Shown here: piece by piece, positions 1 through 8,178 of the stretch
Layout of the letters: the number at the start of each line of letters is the position of its first letter
Position numbering within the stretch: the stretch's first letter is position 1
UHGV virus genome: UHGV-0173641
Direction: 5' to 3' (one strand)
DNA from: a virus
Length of the DNA stretch: 23,184 bases
Program-made: the position numbers and the translations under genes
Notes under the pieces: model-generated
The model's input: only the letters and a program-made list of their open reading frames with translations
What the model was told of the DNA's origin: nothing
The model's database searches: none

Positions 1-236
1 CAAACGGCTAAATAAGTCGCGGGCATAAGGCATATTTTCATCAACAAGGATTTTTAACCCTTTTTCAGTCTCTGACAATCTAAGGCTCCTTTATCAACAA
101 ACGCCCATTTGCAAACTGCTGTTTAATCTGAAAAAACATTAATAATCATACAGATAGCAACATAACCATTTAGACGGGCAATACTGAAAAATTGTTATTC
201 AGTATCGCCCTTTAAGCCGTTTCAGGCTATATAAAA
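1..236. other. AT-rich region downstream of int; candidate att arm / prophage boundary (core not identified)
   Basis: P2-like phages place att immediately downstream of int. Region is visibly AT-rich and holds an 8-bp inverted repeat (atactgaa 181-188 / ttcagtat 198-205). No tRNA or tmRNA 3' end recognised by eye. Confidence 0.3.
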
Positions 237-1256
237 TTAATCCCCCGTGGACACTGCGTGGACACTTACGCCACCTTTCAGCGGATTAAGGGCCACCGCA
301 TCCTGCAGGTAATCCGGTGCAAAATGCGCATATGCCATTGTTTGCTGAATGGTTGCGTGGCCAAGAATCTTCTGAAGCGCAATAATGTTTCCTCCGTTCA
401 TCACAAAATGGCTGGCGAACGTATGCCGCAGCACATGTGCAGCCTGGCCTTTTGGTAAATCGGGCTTAACTCTTTTCAGCGCCAAGCAGAATTCCCGGTA
501 CTTCACCTCAAACAAGCCGCCTGTTTCTCTGGTTTTGATCGCCTCACAAACTGCCTGCGAAATTGGCACTGTTCTCTTTCGGCCATTTTTGGTTTCAAGA
601 AACGTTACACGGTTATGAACTATCTGTTCACCACGAAGCTTACAAGCTTCACTCCAGCGCGCCCCTGTGCTTAAACACAAAAGCGCAACACGCCAGTAGT
701 CGCCCTCCAATGTATCGAGCAATAGCGCTACTTCCTTCCGGGACAGGAAAGCCATTTCTCGCGGGGATACATAAAGAATAGAAATCCCCCTTACCGGATG
801 CTCTGCATCCCAGAGGCCTATTTTCTTCAGTACGGTAAACATTCCGGATAACCGATTCATATATCTGTTAGCAGATGACGGTTTCAATCCATCAGCTATC
901 TTTTGAGAACGCCACGCGATAATTTTCAGCTTATCAAGATCCACAGCCTGCATATCAGCGCCAAGCTCATTGATTATGTTGCGCAGTTGTTTTCGGTCTT
1001 CTTCCGCCTTACGCCTGTGCTGGCCGTGATACATCCACCACAACTCAAGCAAATCATTTAGCGTTCGACGATCACGGTAGCCCTGTATATATTCCCGCTT
1101 TTCAGCGTTCGCCATGATGTAGCGTTCAGTGGCCACCGCTACCGATTTTTTGTCAAATACCTTACGCACGCGCTTTCCCTTGCGTCCGTTCGGCCTGATG
1201 TCCAGCAAATAACGACCATCTTCGAGCTTCTTAATCGACATCGCGAAGCCCTCCAA
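237..1256 (-). CDS. int: Phage tyrosine integrase (P2-type site-specific recombinase)
   Basis: 339-aa ORF. C-terminal catalytic region (ARWSE...HVLRHTFASH...LGHATIQQTMAYAH) matches the tyrosine recombinase R..HxxR..Y pattern. Sits at the prophage end next to the repressor, as in P2. Confidence 0.9.
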   Translation of the reverse strand: MEGFAMSIKKLEDGRYLLDIRPNGRKGKRVRKVFDKKSVAVATERYIMANAEKREYIQGYRDRRTLNDLLELWWMYHGQHRRKAEEDRKQLRNIINELGADMQAVDLDKLKIIAWRSQKIADGLKPSSANRYMNRLSGMFTVLKKIGLWDAEHPVRGISILYVSPREMAFLSRKEVALLLDTLEGDYWRVALLCLSTGARWSEACKLRGEQIVHNRVTFLETKNGRKRTVPISQAVCEAIKTRETGGLFEVKYREFCLALKRVKPDLPKGQAAHVLRHTFASHFVMNGGNIIALQKILGHATIQQTMAYAHFAPDYLQDAVALNPLKGGVSVHAVSTGD

Positions 1257-1337
1257 TGAACCGCTCTACAATTTCTCCAGCCTCTTTCCAGCAATAATCA
1301 GACCAGACAAAAAGCAGGTCTAACCAGTTTTCTGGCC

Positions 1338-1658
1338 TCAGCGGGGTAATTTTTGTTTTGTTTCGGTTGAACTCTGATCGCCCTCCAAACTGGAGAAGCC
1401 ATCAAGAGAGAGAGCCGGAGAAATTTGCCCAACCTCCGGCATCGTTTCATCTGTTGATAACCAATAAGCATACTTCTTAAATTTTGGGTGTTTCGTAACC
1501 TTAAGTAAGGCCCCCTCTGTTACTTGCTTCCCCCTCACCTCATAGTTAGTTACCGTCCCATAAGGCAGCCCAACACAATCCGCAAACTCCTGGCGGGTCA
1601 TACCTTCTGCTTCACGAATCAGGCGAAATTTTTCACCCATGCTTGACAAAGATGCCAT
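1338..1658 (-). CDS. C: Immunity repressor, P2 C-type (small HTH repressor)
   Basis: Translation ...EKFRLIREAEGMTRQEFADCVGLPYGTVTNYE...ETMPEVGQISPALS resembles P2 C as I recall it (GVPYGTLSYYE, QIAPESGQIAPALA). Start chosen at the Met at 1658 (GGAGG about 10 nt upstream on the - strand; length ~106 aa, near P2 C at 99 aa). The ORF stays open to 1703 and a Met at 1640 is also possible. Confidence 0.8.
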   Translation of the reverse strand: MASLSSMGEKFRLIREAEGMTRQEFADCVGLPYGTVTNYEVRGKQVTEGALLKVTKHPKFKKYAYWLSTDETMPEVGQISPALSLDGFSSLEGDQSSTETKQKLPR

Positions 1659-1774
1659 ATCGGGCATATCCTCCATCGCAAACATGCCACATCGGGCACT
1701 CACACATAAAAAAGCTCAAATAAGCCTATATAAGCCATTTTGAGCCATTCGAACGAATTAAGGAGATTACCACA
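1641..1774. promoter_or_regulatory. C/cox lysis-lysogeny switch region with candidate divergent/face-to-face promoters and operator repeats
   Basis: Two direct repeats, gccatatcgggcatatc (1654-1670) and gccacatcgggcactc (1686-1701). Perfect TTGACA at 1643-1648 on the + strand; TATATAA-like box near 1727-1733. Lies between divergently transcribed repressor and cox. Confidence 0.45.
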
Positions 1775-2062
1775 ATGAGCGAATCAGAGCTTGAGGGGTT
1801 CATTCAGGTAGCACCATATCCACTTGAAGCGGTGCCATATCAACTATTCGCCAAGATGATTGGCCGCAAAGAATCAACCGTCAGAACCATGATTGACGCT
1901 GCAAAGCTACCAACGATTGACTTTGTAAAACCAGGTTCAGCAAAGACGCGAGCATCAGAAAACTGGGTATATCTGCCAGCATTTAACGCAGGTATGCGCA
2001 AAGCGTTTTTTGATCAGCCGAAAGAGCGCCGCGACGCATGGTTGCTCTGGCTGGGTCTTTGA
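1775..2062 (+). CDS. cox: Cox-like excisionase / early-promoter regulator
   Basis: 95-aa ORF; ...VPYQLFAKMIGRKESTVRTMID..LPTIDF...WVYLPAFNAGMRKAF...RRDAWLLWLGL resembles P2 Cox as I recall it (IPYQEFAKLIG...WVYLPAWNNG...RDGWLMWLGL). AGGAG upstream; divergent from the repressor. Confidence 0.8.
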   Translation: MSESELEGFIQVAPYPLEAVPYQLFAKMIGRKESTVRTMIDAAKLPTIDFVKPGSAKTRASENWVYLPAFNAGMRKAFFDQPKERRDAWLLWLGL

Positions 2063-2073
2063 CGAGGATTTTT

Positions 2074-2415
2074 ATGAGACAACAACGTAATTCACGCTTC
2101 CGCAACGGCGCAGAACGCCATGCTAACCGTTTCGCTACCAGCGCATCACGTAGCAGCTCTCGCTACAGCCTGAGCGAAACACACGCAACGCCGGATGGCT
2201 ACCCAGTAAAACAAATCGGCGAGCATACCTGGCTGATTGAGAAAGCTGGAATTGTGGTCCACAAATGCCCACGCAATCCGTTTACCGGAAACCGCATTTT
2301 TGCATTGAGCTGCGGCGACAATCACTTCGGGCAGGATTTCACATTATACGAAGCACTTCGCACGGTTGATCGTCTGCTTCGCGGGCAAAGTTTTATTAAA
2401 CAGGCTGATTTATAA
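2074..2415 (+). CDS. Hypothetical early-region protein (~113 aa)
   Basis: ORF with ATG at 2074 preceded by GAGG; same strand and tight spacing with the early operon. No family recognised. Confidence 0.5.
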   Translation: MRQQRNSRFRNGAERHANRFATSASRSSSRYSLSETHATPDGYPVKQIGEHTWLIEKAGIVVHKCPRNPFTGNRIFALSCGDNHFGQDFTLYEALRTVDRLLRGQSFIKQADL

Positions 2416-2425
2416 CAGGTGCTTT

Positions 2426-2704
2426 ATGACCAAAGAGCATGCACAAGGTGTATTTATCCGTTTTATTGATTTTCGCGGTGAACTGTTATTACGCGCATCA
2501 GCCATTGACGGAGTTGTTCCATCCGAAAAAAACGCAGCTACTTACGTTTATCTGAACGGTACGCGCCTGACTGTGGAGCTTCCGTACCAGACCGTACGAG
2601 AAATCATTAGCGAAGCTGAAAAGGCACGTCAGGTTAATGGCGATGAACCCTATATCGAAATTATTTGTATGGATTCAGAAACTGAAATTCAGAAAGCAGA
2701 TTAA
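2426..2704 (+). CDS. Hypothetical early-region protein (~92 aa)
   Basis: ORF starting at ATG 2426, 11 bp after the previous stop. No family recognised. Confidence 0.5.
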   Translation: MTKEHAQGVFIRFIDFRGELLLRASAIDGVVPSEKNAATYVYLNGTRLTVELPYQTVREIISEAEKARQVNGDEPYIEIICMDSETEIQKAD

Positions 2705-2715
2705 AGGGCGTTGCG

Positions 2716-2958
2716 ATGGGCAAAGAATATAAAACTCTCATTAACAAAGCACTTGAGCGTTTTTATTTTCGCTTAAGTGCATCAGGCGCTCATGCTGAAC
2801 GTGCAGCCCGTGACTCATTGACCAGGGCAATCCGGAGTCTGTATGACGTGGCTTTTTACGCTGATGATCTGGATGCACTTAACGAACTTTCCGAGCTGAT
2901 CTGTGCCGCAGAATGCGGGGAACATATTGAACCGTATCAGCTGGGGAATATCGCATGA
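2716..2958 (+). CDS. Hypothetical early-region protein (80 aa)
   Basis: ORF preceded by a weak SD; its stop overlaps the next start (ATGA at 2955-2958). Confidence 0.55.
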   Translation: MGKEYKTLINKALERFYFRLSASGAHAERAARDSLTRAIRSLYDVAFYADDLDALNELSELICAAECGEHIEPYQLGNIA

Positions 2959-3068
2959 GTATATTTATCTCATGGCCTGTTCTGATTATTTCGGTGGCCT
3001 GCGCCATTAGGATTATGCGAATTATTCATTCAGTAAAAAAGATTGAACGTTTTTTCACTGGTGAATAA
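2955..3068 (+). CDS. Small hydrophobic peptide (37 aa), predicted single transmembrane helix
   Basis: My translation: MSIFISWPVLIISVACAIRIMRIIHSVKKIERFFTGE. ATG overlaps the upstream stop (ATGA), suggesting translational coupling. Too short for the ORF track. Confidence 0.35.
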   Translation: MSIFISWPVLIISVACAIRIMRIIHSVKKIERFFTGE

Positions 3069-3161
3069 CGATACAAATAAAACATCAAATTAAATAAGAA
3101 AACGTGAAAACCATCCGTATTAACGGAGGTATTCGCACACGCAAATAACGGAGATACAAAA

Positions 3162-3572
3162 ATGCACGCAAAAGAAGAAGGTATCATCAGAGCACTGAGA
3201 GAAATTTCAAAGATGGAAAGCGAAGTAACGAAAAAAGCCGTAGCAAATAATCATATAGACGTCGCGACCCACACAATGATAGTCGCAAAAGTCACGGCAG
3301 AAGCCGCCAAAATCATCGAAGAACAGGGTGCGGAACTTACGCTTTTCAAAACTCAACCAGTCACCGGACTGGATTTATCTAACACCGGACGCCTTATTTA
3401 CACAATTGGCTCGGAGCCACAGCAATACACCATTATCGCCGGATTACAGGATAAATACTTGATCACTCCTCACCCCATAAGGGAATCAGAAATTCTGACA
3501 AATCTCCGCCTGATAGAGCGCTCTCAAGTCGCATTCATTGATGGCGCGCAACGTGCCGTATTTAACGCATAG
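3162..3572 (+). CDS. Hypothetical protein (136 aa) in an AT-rich islet; possible moron/accessory gene
   Basis: Clean ORF with GGAG about 9 nt upstream of the ATG, preceded by ~100 bp of visibly AT-rich non-coding DNA (3069-3161). No family recognised. Confidence 0.6.
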   Translation: MHAKEEGIIRALREISKMESEVTKKAVANNHIDVATHTMIVAKVTAEAAKIIEEQGAELTLFKTQPVTGLDLSNTGRLIYTIGSEPQQYTIIAGLQDKYLITPHPIRESEILTNLRLIERSQVAFIDGAQRAVFNA

Positions 3573-3595
3573 GGCTATTGGGCAAAGAGAGCGTA

Positions 3596-3799
3596 ATGGC
3601 AATTAAGCATTTTCCCGTCGTTCGCTTTACCTCCAGAGGACGCGAATACGAGGTCGACGAACGCCTGATTACCACTATCGACAAACATCGTTCGGAAAAG
3701 GATGCACACCACATCTACCTCACTGACGGCACTTATTTCTGCGCCACTAACGTGGCGCGGGTGAATCTTATCCGACAGGTACAGGAGCCACGCAGATGA
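3596..3799 (+). CDS. Hypothetical small protein (~67 aa)
   Basis: ORF frame 3578-3799; ATG at 3596 preferred (GAGAG 6-10 nt upstream), TTG at 3578 possible. Stop overlaps the next start (ATGA at 3796-3799). Confidence 0.5.
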   Translation: MAIKHFPVVRFTSRGREYEVDERLITTIDKHRSEKDAHHIYLTDGTYFCATNVARVNLIRQVQEPRR

Positions 3800-4062
3800 C
3801 CATTCTGGACTACATCGCTACCCATCCGGGTTGTAGCGGCGGAGAAATCGCAGCAGCACTGAATACTCCAACCACAGCCATTAATGCTGAGTTACGCCAA
3901 CTTTGGCGCGGCGGCTTAGTCATCAGAACAAACCGCAGCACAGGTGGTCGCGCTCGCAAAACTGGAGGCCAGGCTTCTTACCACGTAAACCCGATGCCGT
4001 TCGGGTGTAGCAATCCACTTACTCACATGTTTAACCAGCTACTGAAGGAAGCCAGAGCATGA
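3796..4062 (+). CDS. Hypothetical protein (88 aa), possible winged-helix DNA-binding fold
   Basis: ORF coupled to neighbours by ATGA overlaps at both ends. N-terminal segment (ILDYIATHPGCSGGEIAAALN...INAELRQLWRGGLV) looks wHTH-like; fold assignment is inference. Confidence 0.55.
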   Translation: MTILDYIATHPGCSGGEIAAALNTPTTAINAELRQLWRGGLVIRTNRSTGGRARKTGGQASYHVNPMPFGCSNPLTHMFNQLLKEARA

Positions 4063-4358
4063 GCACCATCAACCACCAGAAGCTACGCGAACTGGCATTT
4101 GCCCTGCAACGAATGGCAACGCCTCAAAAATTACTGGCATTTCGCGCAATGCTCTCGCCGTCTGCTGTGCTGGCACTGCTGGATGAGCTGGAGCACGCCA
4201 GAACCACGGCTCCTGCCATTCGCCTCACGCTCCATCATGAAATCACTGATTTCTGCGCGACATTGGAGGCGCCGGGCGAACCGGAAACGCCGGAAGCAAT
4301 ACAGCAAGAGCTGCTGCAACGCATTGACAAGGTTTTTGATTTTTTTCTGAACCAGTAA
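4059..4358 (+). CDS. Hypothetical protein (99 aa)
   Basis: ORF with ATGA coupling to the upstream gene; acidic, helical-looking sequence. Confidence 0.55.
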   Translation: MSTINHQKLRELAFALQRMATPQKLLAFRAMLSPSAVLALLDELEHARTTAPAIRLTLHHEITDFCATLEAPGEPETPEAIQQELLQRIDKVFDFFLNQ

Positions 4359-4479
4359 GAAACCAGAACATGCACACACAAAAAAACCGCTTGCCATGCC
4401 TCAATCGGTCAGGTTACATTTCCGCCGCACCTCATAAAACGGGTGCCGGGATTTCCACCCCGCTGACAACTACAGCGCA

Positions 4480-4503
4480 CAACCGCGCCAGCGGTTTTTT
4501 TGT
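4480..4503 (+). terminator. Candidate intrinsic terminator or attenuator inside the early operon
   Basis: aaccgc-gcca-gcggtt hairpin (6-bp stem, 4-nt loop) followed by a T7 run at 4494-4500, inside a ~320 bp non-coding gap. Confidence 0.45.
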
Positions 4504-4680
4504 GCGTACTGTATCGCCACGTCTTTTTCGCACACGAATTATGGTGGGGCGTACGGGGCCGACTTCGGTCGGGCCGGGTTCTGTAGTTGCCGGTTGTGGA
4601 AACCCTGTACGTCTCACCACCCCGAGTTTTCCACCTCTGGATGGTGAGTTTTCAAAACTTGCAACTACAGAGGCCACACC

Positions 4681-4911
4681 ATGGCAAACCGCAAACAGCA
4701 CCGCGCTATCGCGGAGCGTCGTCACATCCAGACTGAAATCAACCGCAGACTTTTCCGCGCATCACGCGTCGCGCAAATCATGCACATCAATATGCTGCAT
4801 GAGCGCAGCCACGCACTATCAAACATCTATTCCGCCGCTGTTTTCAGCTATCTGGCGGATGATCTGCACGAGCTTCAACAGCTCATCCAGCAGCAAAACA
4901 AACTCCATTAA
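4681..4911 (+). CDS. Hypothetical small basic protein (76 aa)
   Basis: ORF with GAGG ~8 nt upstream of the ATG; protein-like composition, unlike the overlapping 205-aa S/T/R-rich frame (4370-4987) that I reject. Confidence 0.45.
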   Translation: MANRKQHRAIAERRHIQTEINRRLFRASRVAQIMHINMLHERSHALSNIYSAAVFSYLADDLHELQQLIQQQNKLH

Positions 4912-4983
4912 TTCCTGTTCCGGGCCTTTCCTGCACCTTGCGGCGGGAGGCCTTCGCACATCTGTAACCAGAGGATTGCCGCA

Positions 4984-5349
4984 ATGATTCTCGCCAACGA
5001 CTTTCTTGAATACCTGCTCAACACAGAGCGTGATCTTGCCGTTCGCGTGCGTGAACGTTATGACATGTACCTGAAATCCCTGCCTGTACCGCAGCTCGCT
5101 GACGGAAAGATTGTTATTGATGGTCGCTACATGATTGACAGCCACGAGGGAAATTACAGGCTTTACCGCATTGAAGGTGGCACCCCGTACGTTATTGGCA
5201 TTTACCAGCGCCCATCCTCTGCAATCGTCGATGTGATTGCCGACAGCATCCGCATCACACATCGCCATGCCGACACAGAAGACACCGTGCTGGAAATTCA
5301 GCGGCTGGCTACAGTCTGCCGCGACACCCTGAATGGCATGACGAAGTAA
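4984..5349 (+). CDS. Hypothetical protein (121 aa) immediately upstream of replication gene A
   Basis: ORF with GAGG upstream; stop 6 bp before the A start. Occupies the position of a replication accessory gene (P2 B-like position) but no similarity recognised. Confidence 0.55.
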   Translation: MILANDFLEYLLNTERDLAVRVRERYDMYLKSLPVPQLADGKIVIDGRYMIDSHEGNYRLYRIEGGTPYVIGIYQRPSSAIVDVIADSIRITHRHADTEDTVLEIQRLATVCRDTLNGMTK

Positions 5350-5355
5350 ATCACT

Positions 5356-8178
5356 ATGACGGCAGAGTACATCAGGGACTGGCAACAACCGCGCCACGCA
5401 GTGGGGCGTGAAGGAACGGGGATCCCCGCTCCTGAATCCGCGCTTTCCTCCTGGCTGGATGCTTACCGGGCAGAGAACGAGCGCCGCCAGGAAATGGCTG
5501 ATGCGGCGTTCTCCGCCACGCCGCTGGGCAACCTGATTAATAAAAGCCTGGACGCACAGGAAAAACAGGACAAAACCATCACACTGGCAGGAGACGCCAG
5601 AAAACAGGCACGCGGCGCGGTGGATGAAGCCATGGCCTCGCTGCGCCTGCTGCCGTCCTATCTGCGCGATCCGCTTATTCGCCACCTCTCCTTCCTGCGC
5701 AAAAAACAGGAAGCCGATCGCCAGAAAGGCAAAAAGAGCTGGCAGGCTGAACGCTACGCGCGCGGAACCCTGCGCAAAATATTCGAACGTCTGGACCGCA
5801 CCGACCACCGCTGGCTGACACGGGGTTATCGCGCCCTTGCCGGACGCGAACGCCTGGACGATTTGCTTTACCTGCCGCAGCTCAACAAGCACCAGATACA
5901 GACGCTGGCCACCATGACGGCGGCGATGTTCAGCAGCACCTTCGAAAAACTCTGCAATGGCTTTGGCGCGACCGATGGCGAGCTGACCATGGATGTAACC
6001 CTGAAGGCGTATCAGATGCTGGCCCGCATGGCGTTACACCTGCACGCCATGCCTCCACATTATGACGCACTGACAACAGACAAAGACCGGAGGAACGAAC
6101 CGGACACGGAACTGCTGCCGGGCGCAATCCTTCGCCTGACCTGTGCGGAATGGTGGAAACGCAAACTGTGGCTGTTACGTTGCGAGTGGAGAGAAGAACA
6201 ACTCCGCGCCGCCTGTCTGGTTTCCAGAAAGACATCGCCCTATCTGAGCCAGGACGCGTTAAGCGAGTTTCGCGCACAGCGCGAGAAAACACGCGATTTC
6301 CTGAAAAGTTTCATGCTGGAAAACGAAGATGGGTTCACGATTGATCTCGAGACAGTGTATTACGCGGGAGTAAGTAACCCGGTTCACCGTAAGGCAGAAA
6401 TGATGGCCACCATGAAGGGGCTGGAACTTCTGGCCGAAGCCCGTGGCGACAAAGCGGTGTTTCTGACTGTCACCTGCCCGTCAAAATACCACGCCACAAC
6501 AGAGAACGGTCATCCGAATCCCAAATGGAACGGGGCCACCATGCGCGACTCCAGCGATTACCTGGTTAACACGTTTTTTGCGGCGGTCCGCAAGAAACTG
6601 AACCGCGACGGCCTGCGCTGGTATGGCATCCGCACGGTGGAGCCTCACCATGACGGCACCGTGCACTGGCATATGATGGTCTTTGCTCATCCGGAAGAAA
6701 TCGACAGCATCGTGGCCATCACCCGCGATATTGCCATTCAGGAAGACCGCCACGAGCTGGGCAATGATATTACTCCGCGCTTTAAGGCGGAGTATGTCGA
6801 CGGCTCAAAAGGCACACCAACCAGCTACATCGCGACCTACATCGGGAAAAACCTGGACAGCCGTGCCGTGGATGGCATCGACCCGAAAACGGGCAAGCCA
6901 CGCGTTGACCACGAAACCGGAAAATCAATGGCCGAGAGCGTGGAACGCGCCATCGGCTGGGCGCGCCTTCACCGGGTCCGCCAGTTCCAGTTCTTTGGCA
7001 TCCCCTCCCGCCAGGTATGGCGTGAACTGCGCCGCCTTGCCAGCCAGATGGCACGCAACCCGGAAGGCCCGCAACGGCTGAAGGATGACGCAATGGATGC
7101 GGTTCTTGCCGCCGCTGATGCCGGATGTTTTGCCACCTACATAGAGAAACAGGGCGGCGTACTTGTTCCACGCAAAGACTACCTGATTCGCACCGCCTAC
7201 GACCTCGCCGATGAGCTGAACGATTACGGCGAACAGAGCGTACAGATTTACGGGATCTGGTCACCACTCATCGGGGAATCCTCCCGTGTGTGCACGCATC
7301 CGGATAACTGGAAGCTGGTAAGACGCAAACCGGAAGCGAAAGACAGCGCCAGCGAAAATGGTTTTGACCTTCAGGGCGGCCCTGCCGCCCCTTGGACTCG
7401 TGGCAATAACTGTCCCCGTGTACAGGAAACGGACAACAACGGGACAGAACAGCCGGAAGAACGGCCAGCACCGTGGCCGCAGCTTCCTGACGGCGTTGAT
7501 GTGGATGAATGGATGCGCTCACTGAAACGGCACGAACGCCGGGCGCTGATGCGTTCGCTGCGTGACAAACAGGCAAAAAACAGCAGTGATGAAATGCAGA
7601 GCTGGACACAGAGCCGCAAACAGCAGCGGCCTTTGCCTGATAACCACGAATTACTCGCTAAAGAATGGCGGGAGTCTGCCGAATCTCTCGGCCTGCATAT
7701 CGGTGAACAGCAGATGCAGCACCTGTTACGGGGCGGCAGCCTGTACGTTGACGGCAGCATCATTGCACCGCAGGGATTTGAAATTGTACGCAAACCGGAT
7801 ACCCGCCCGGACAGCCGAATCACGCAGCTCTGGCAGCGCCTGAGCCGTAATCACGGCGTAAGCAGCACGGAGATCCGCCATAACCCGGTCGCCGGCTATC
7901 TGGAACAGCTGGGGGCATCAGACCCCGAAGCCGCCGCACGCCTGGCATCCACACTTCAGCAGGACCAGAACACCATGAAAACCCCCGTTACCGTGCTTTC
8001 TGACATGCTGCGCGCCATCCGTGACGCAGAGCACGCACAGAGAATCAGTGAAACCACTGAACGCGCCCGCCGCAAAGCAGACCTGCTGCGGGGTAGCCTG
8101 ACCAGTGGAAACAAAAAACAGACAGAAACGGGATTCACAAAACCCGTAAATGAGCAAAAAACGCGCCGCGATATATGA
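5356..8178 (+). CDS. A: Replication initiation endonuclease, P2 gpA-like rolling-circle initiator (940 aa)
   Basis: Large ORF in the P2 A position. Contains an H-x-H (HWH) and paired tyrosines (YIATYIGKN) consistent with the HUH rolling-circle motifs of this family. About 180 aa longer than P2 A as I recall it (761 aa), with a charged/low-complexity C-terminal third. Confidence 0.85.
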   Translation: MTAEYIRDWQQPRHAVGREGTGIPAPESALSSWLDAYRAENERRQEMADAAFSATPLGNLINKSLDAQEKQDKTITLAGDARKQARGAVDEAMASLRLLPSYLRDPLIRHLSFLRKKQEADRQKGKKSWQAERYARGTLRKIFERLDRTDHRWLTRGYRALAGRERLDDLLYLPQLNKHQIQTLATMTAAMFSSTFEKLCNGFGATDGELTMDVTLKAYQMLARMALHLHAMPPHYDALTTDKDRRNEPDTELLPGAILRLTCAEWWKRKLWLLRCEWREEQLRAACLVSRKTSPYLSQDALSEFRAQREKTRDFLKSFMLENEDGFTIDLETVYYAGVSNPVHRKAEMMATMKGLELLAEARGDKAVFLTVTCPSKYHATTENGHPNPKWNGATMRDSSDYLVNTFFAAVRKKLNRDGLRWYGIRTVEPHHDGTVHWHMMVFAHPEEIDSIVAITRDIAIQEDRHELGNDITPRFKAEYVDGSKGTPTSYIATYIGKNLDSRAVDGIDPKTGKPRVDHETGKSMAESVERAIGWARLHRVRQFQFFGIPSRQVWRELRRLASQMARNPEGPQRLKDDAMDAVLAAADAGCFATYIEKQGGVLVPRKDYLIRTAYDLADELNDYGEQSVQIYGIWSPLIGESSRVCTHPDNWKLVRRKPEAKDSASENGFDLQGGPAAPWTRGNNCPRVQETDNNGTEQPEERPAPWPQLPDGVDVDEWMRSLKRHERRALMRSLRDKQAKNSSDEMQSWTQSRKQQRPLPDNHELLAKEWRESAESLGLHIGEQQMQHLLRGGSLYVDGSIIAPQGFEIVRKPDTRPDSRITQLWQRLSRNHGVSSTEIRHNPVAGYLEQLGASDPEAAARLASTLQQDQNTMKTPVTVLSDMLRAIRDAEHAQRISETTERARRKADLLRGSLTSGNKKQTETGFTKPVNEQKTRRDI

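Noticed and set aside
1659-1703. N-terminal extension of the repressor ORF to the Met at 1703 (121 aa)
   Set aside because: The extension has no counterpart in P2 C, would run through the candidate operator repeats, and the internal Met at 1658 has a GGAGG RBS. Kept as an alternative only.
4370-4987. 205-aa + strand ORF spanning the non-coding gap
   Set aside because: S/T/R-rich low-complexity translation, no RBS, spans a terminator hairpin and overlaps the more protein-like 76-aa ORF in another frame. Treated as non-coding.
4819-5892. 357-aa ORF on the - strand
   Set aside because: Antisense to the 121-aa gene and the start of A; biased, low-complexity composition typical of a shadow ORF opposite a real gene.
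6782-7823. Several 110-160-aa - strand and + strand alternative-frame ORFs within gene A
   Set aside because: Arg/Cys/Ser-rich translations in the GC-rich A coding region; A is one continuous 940-aa frame.
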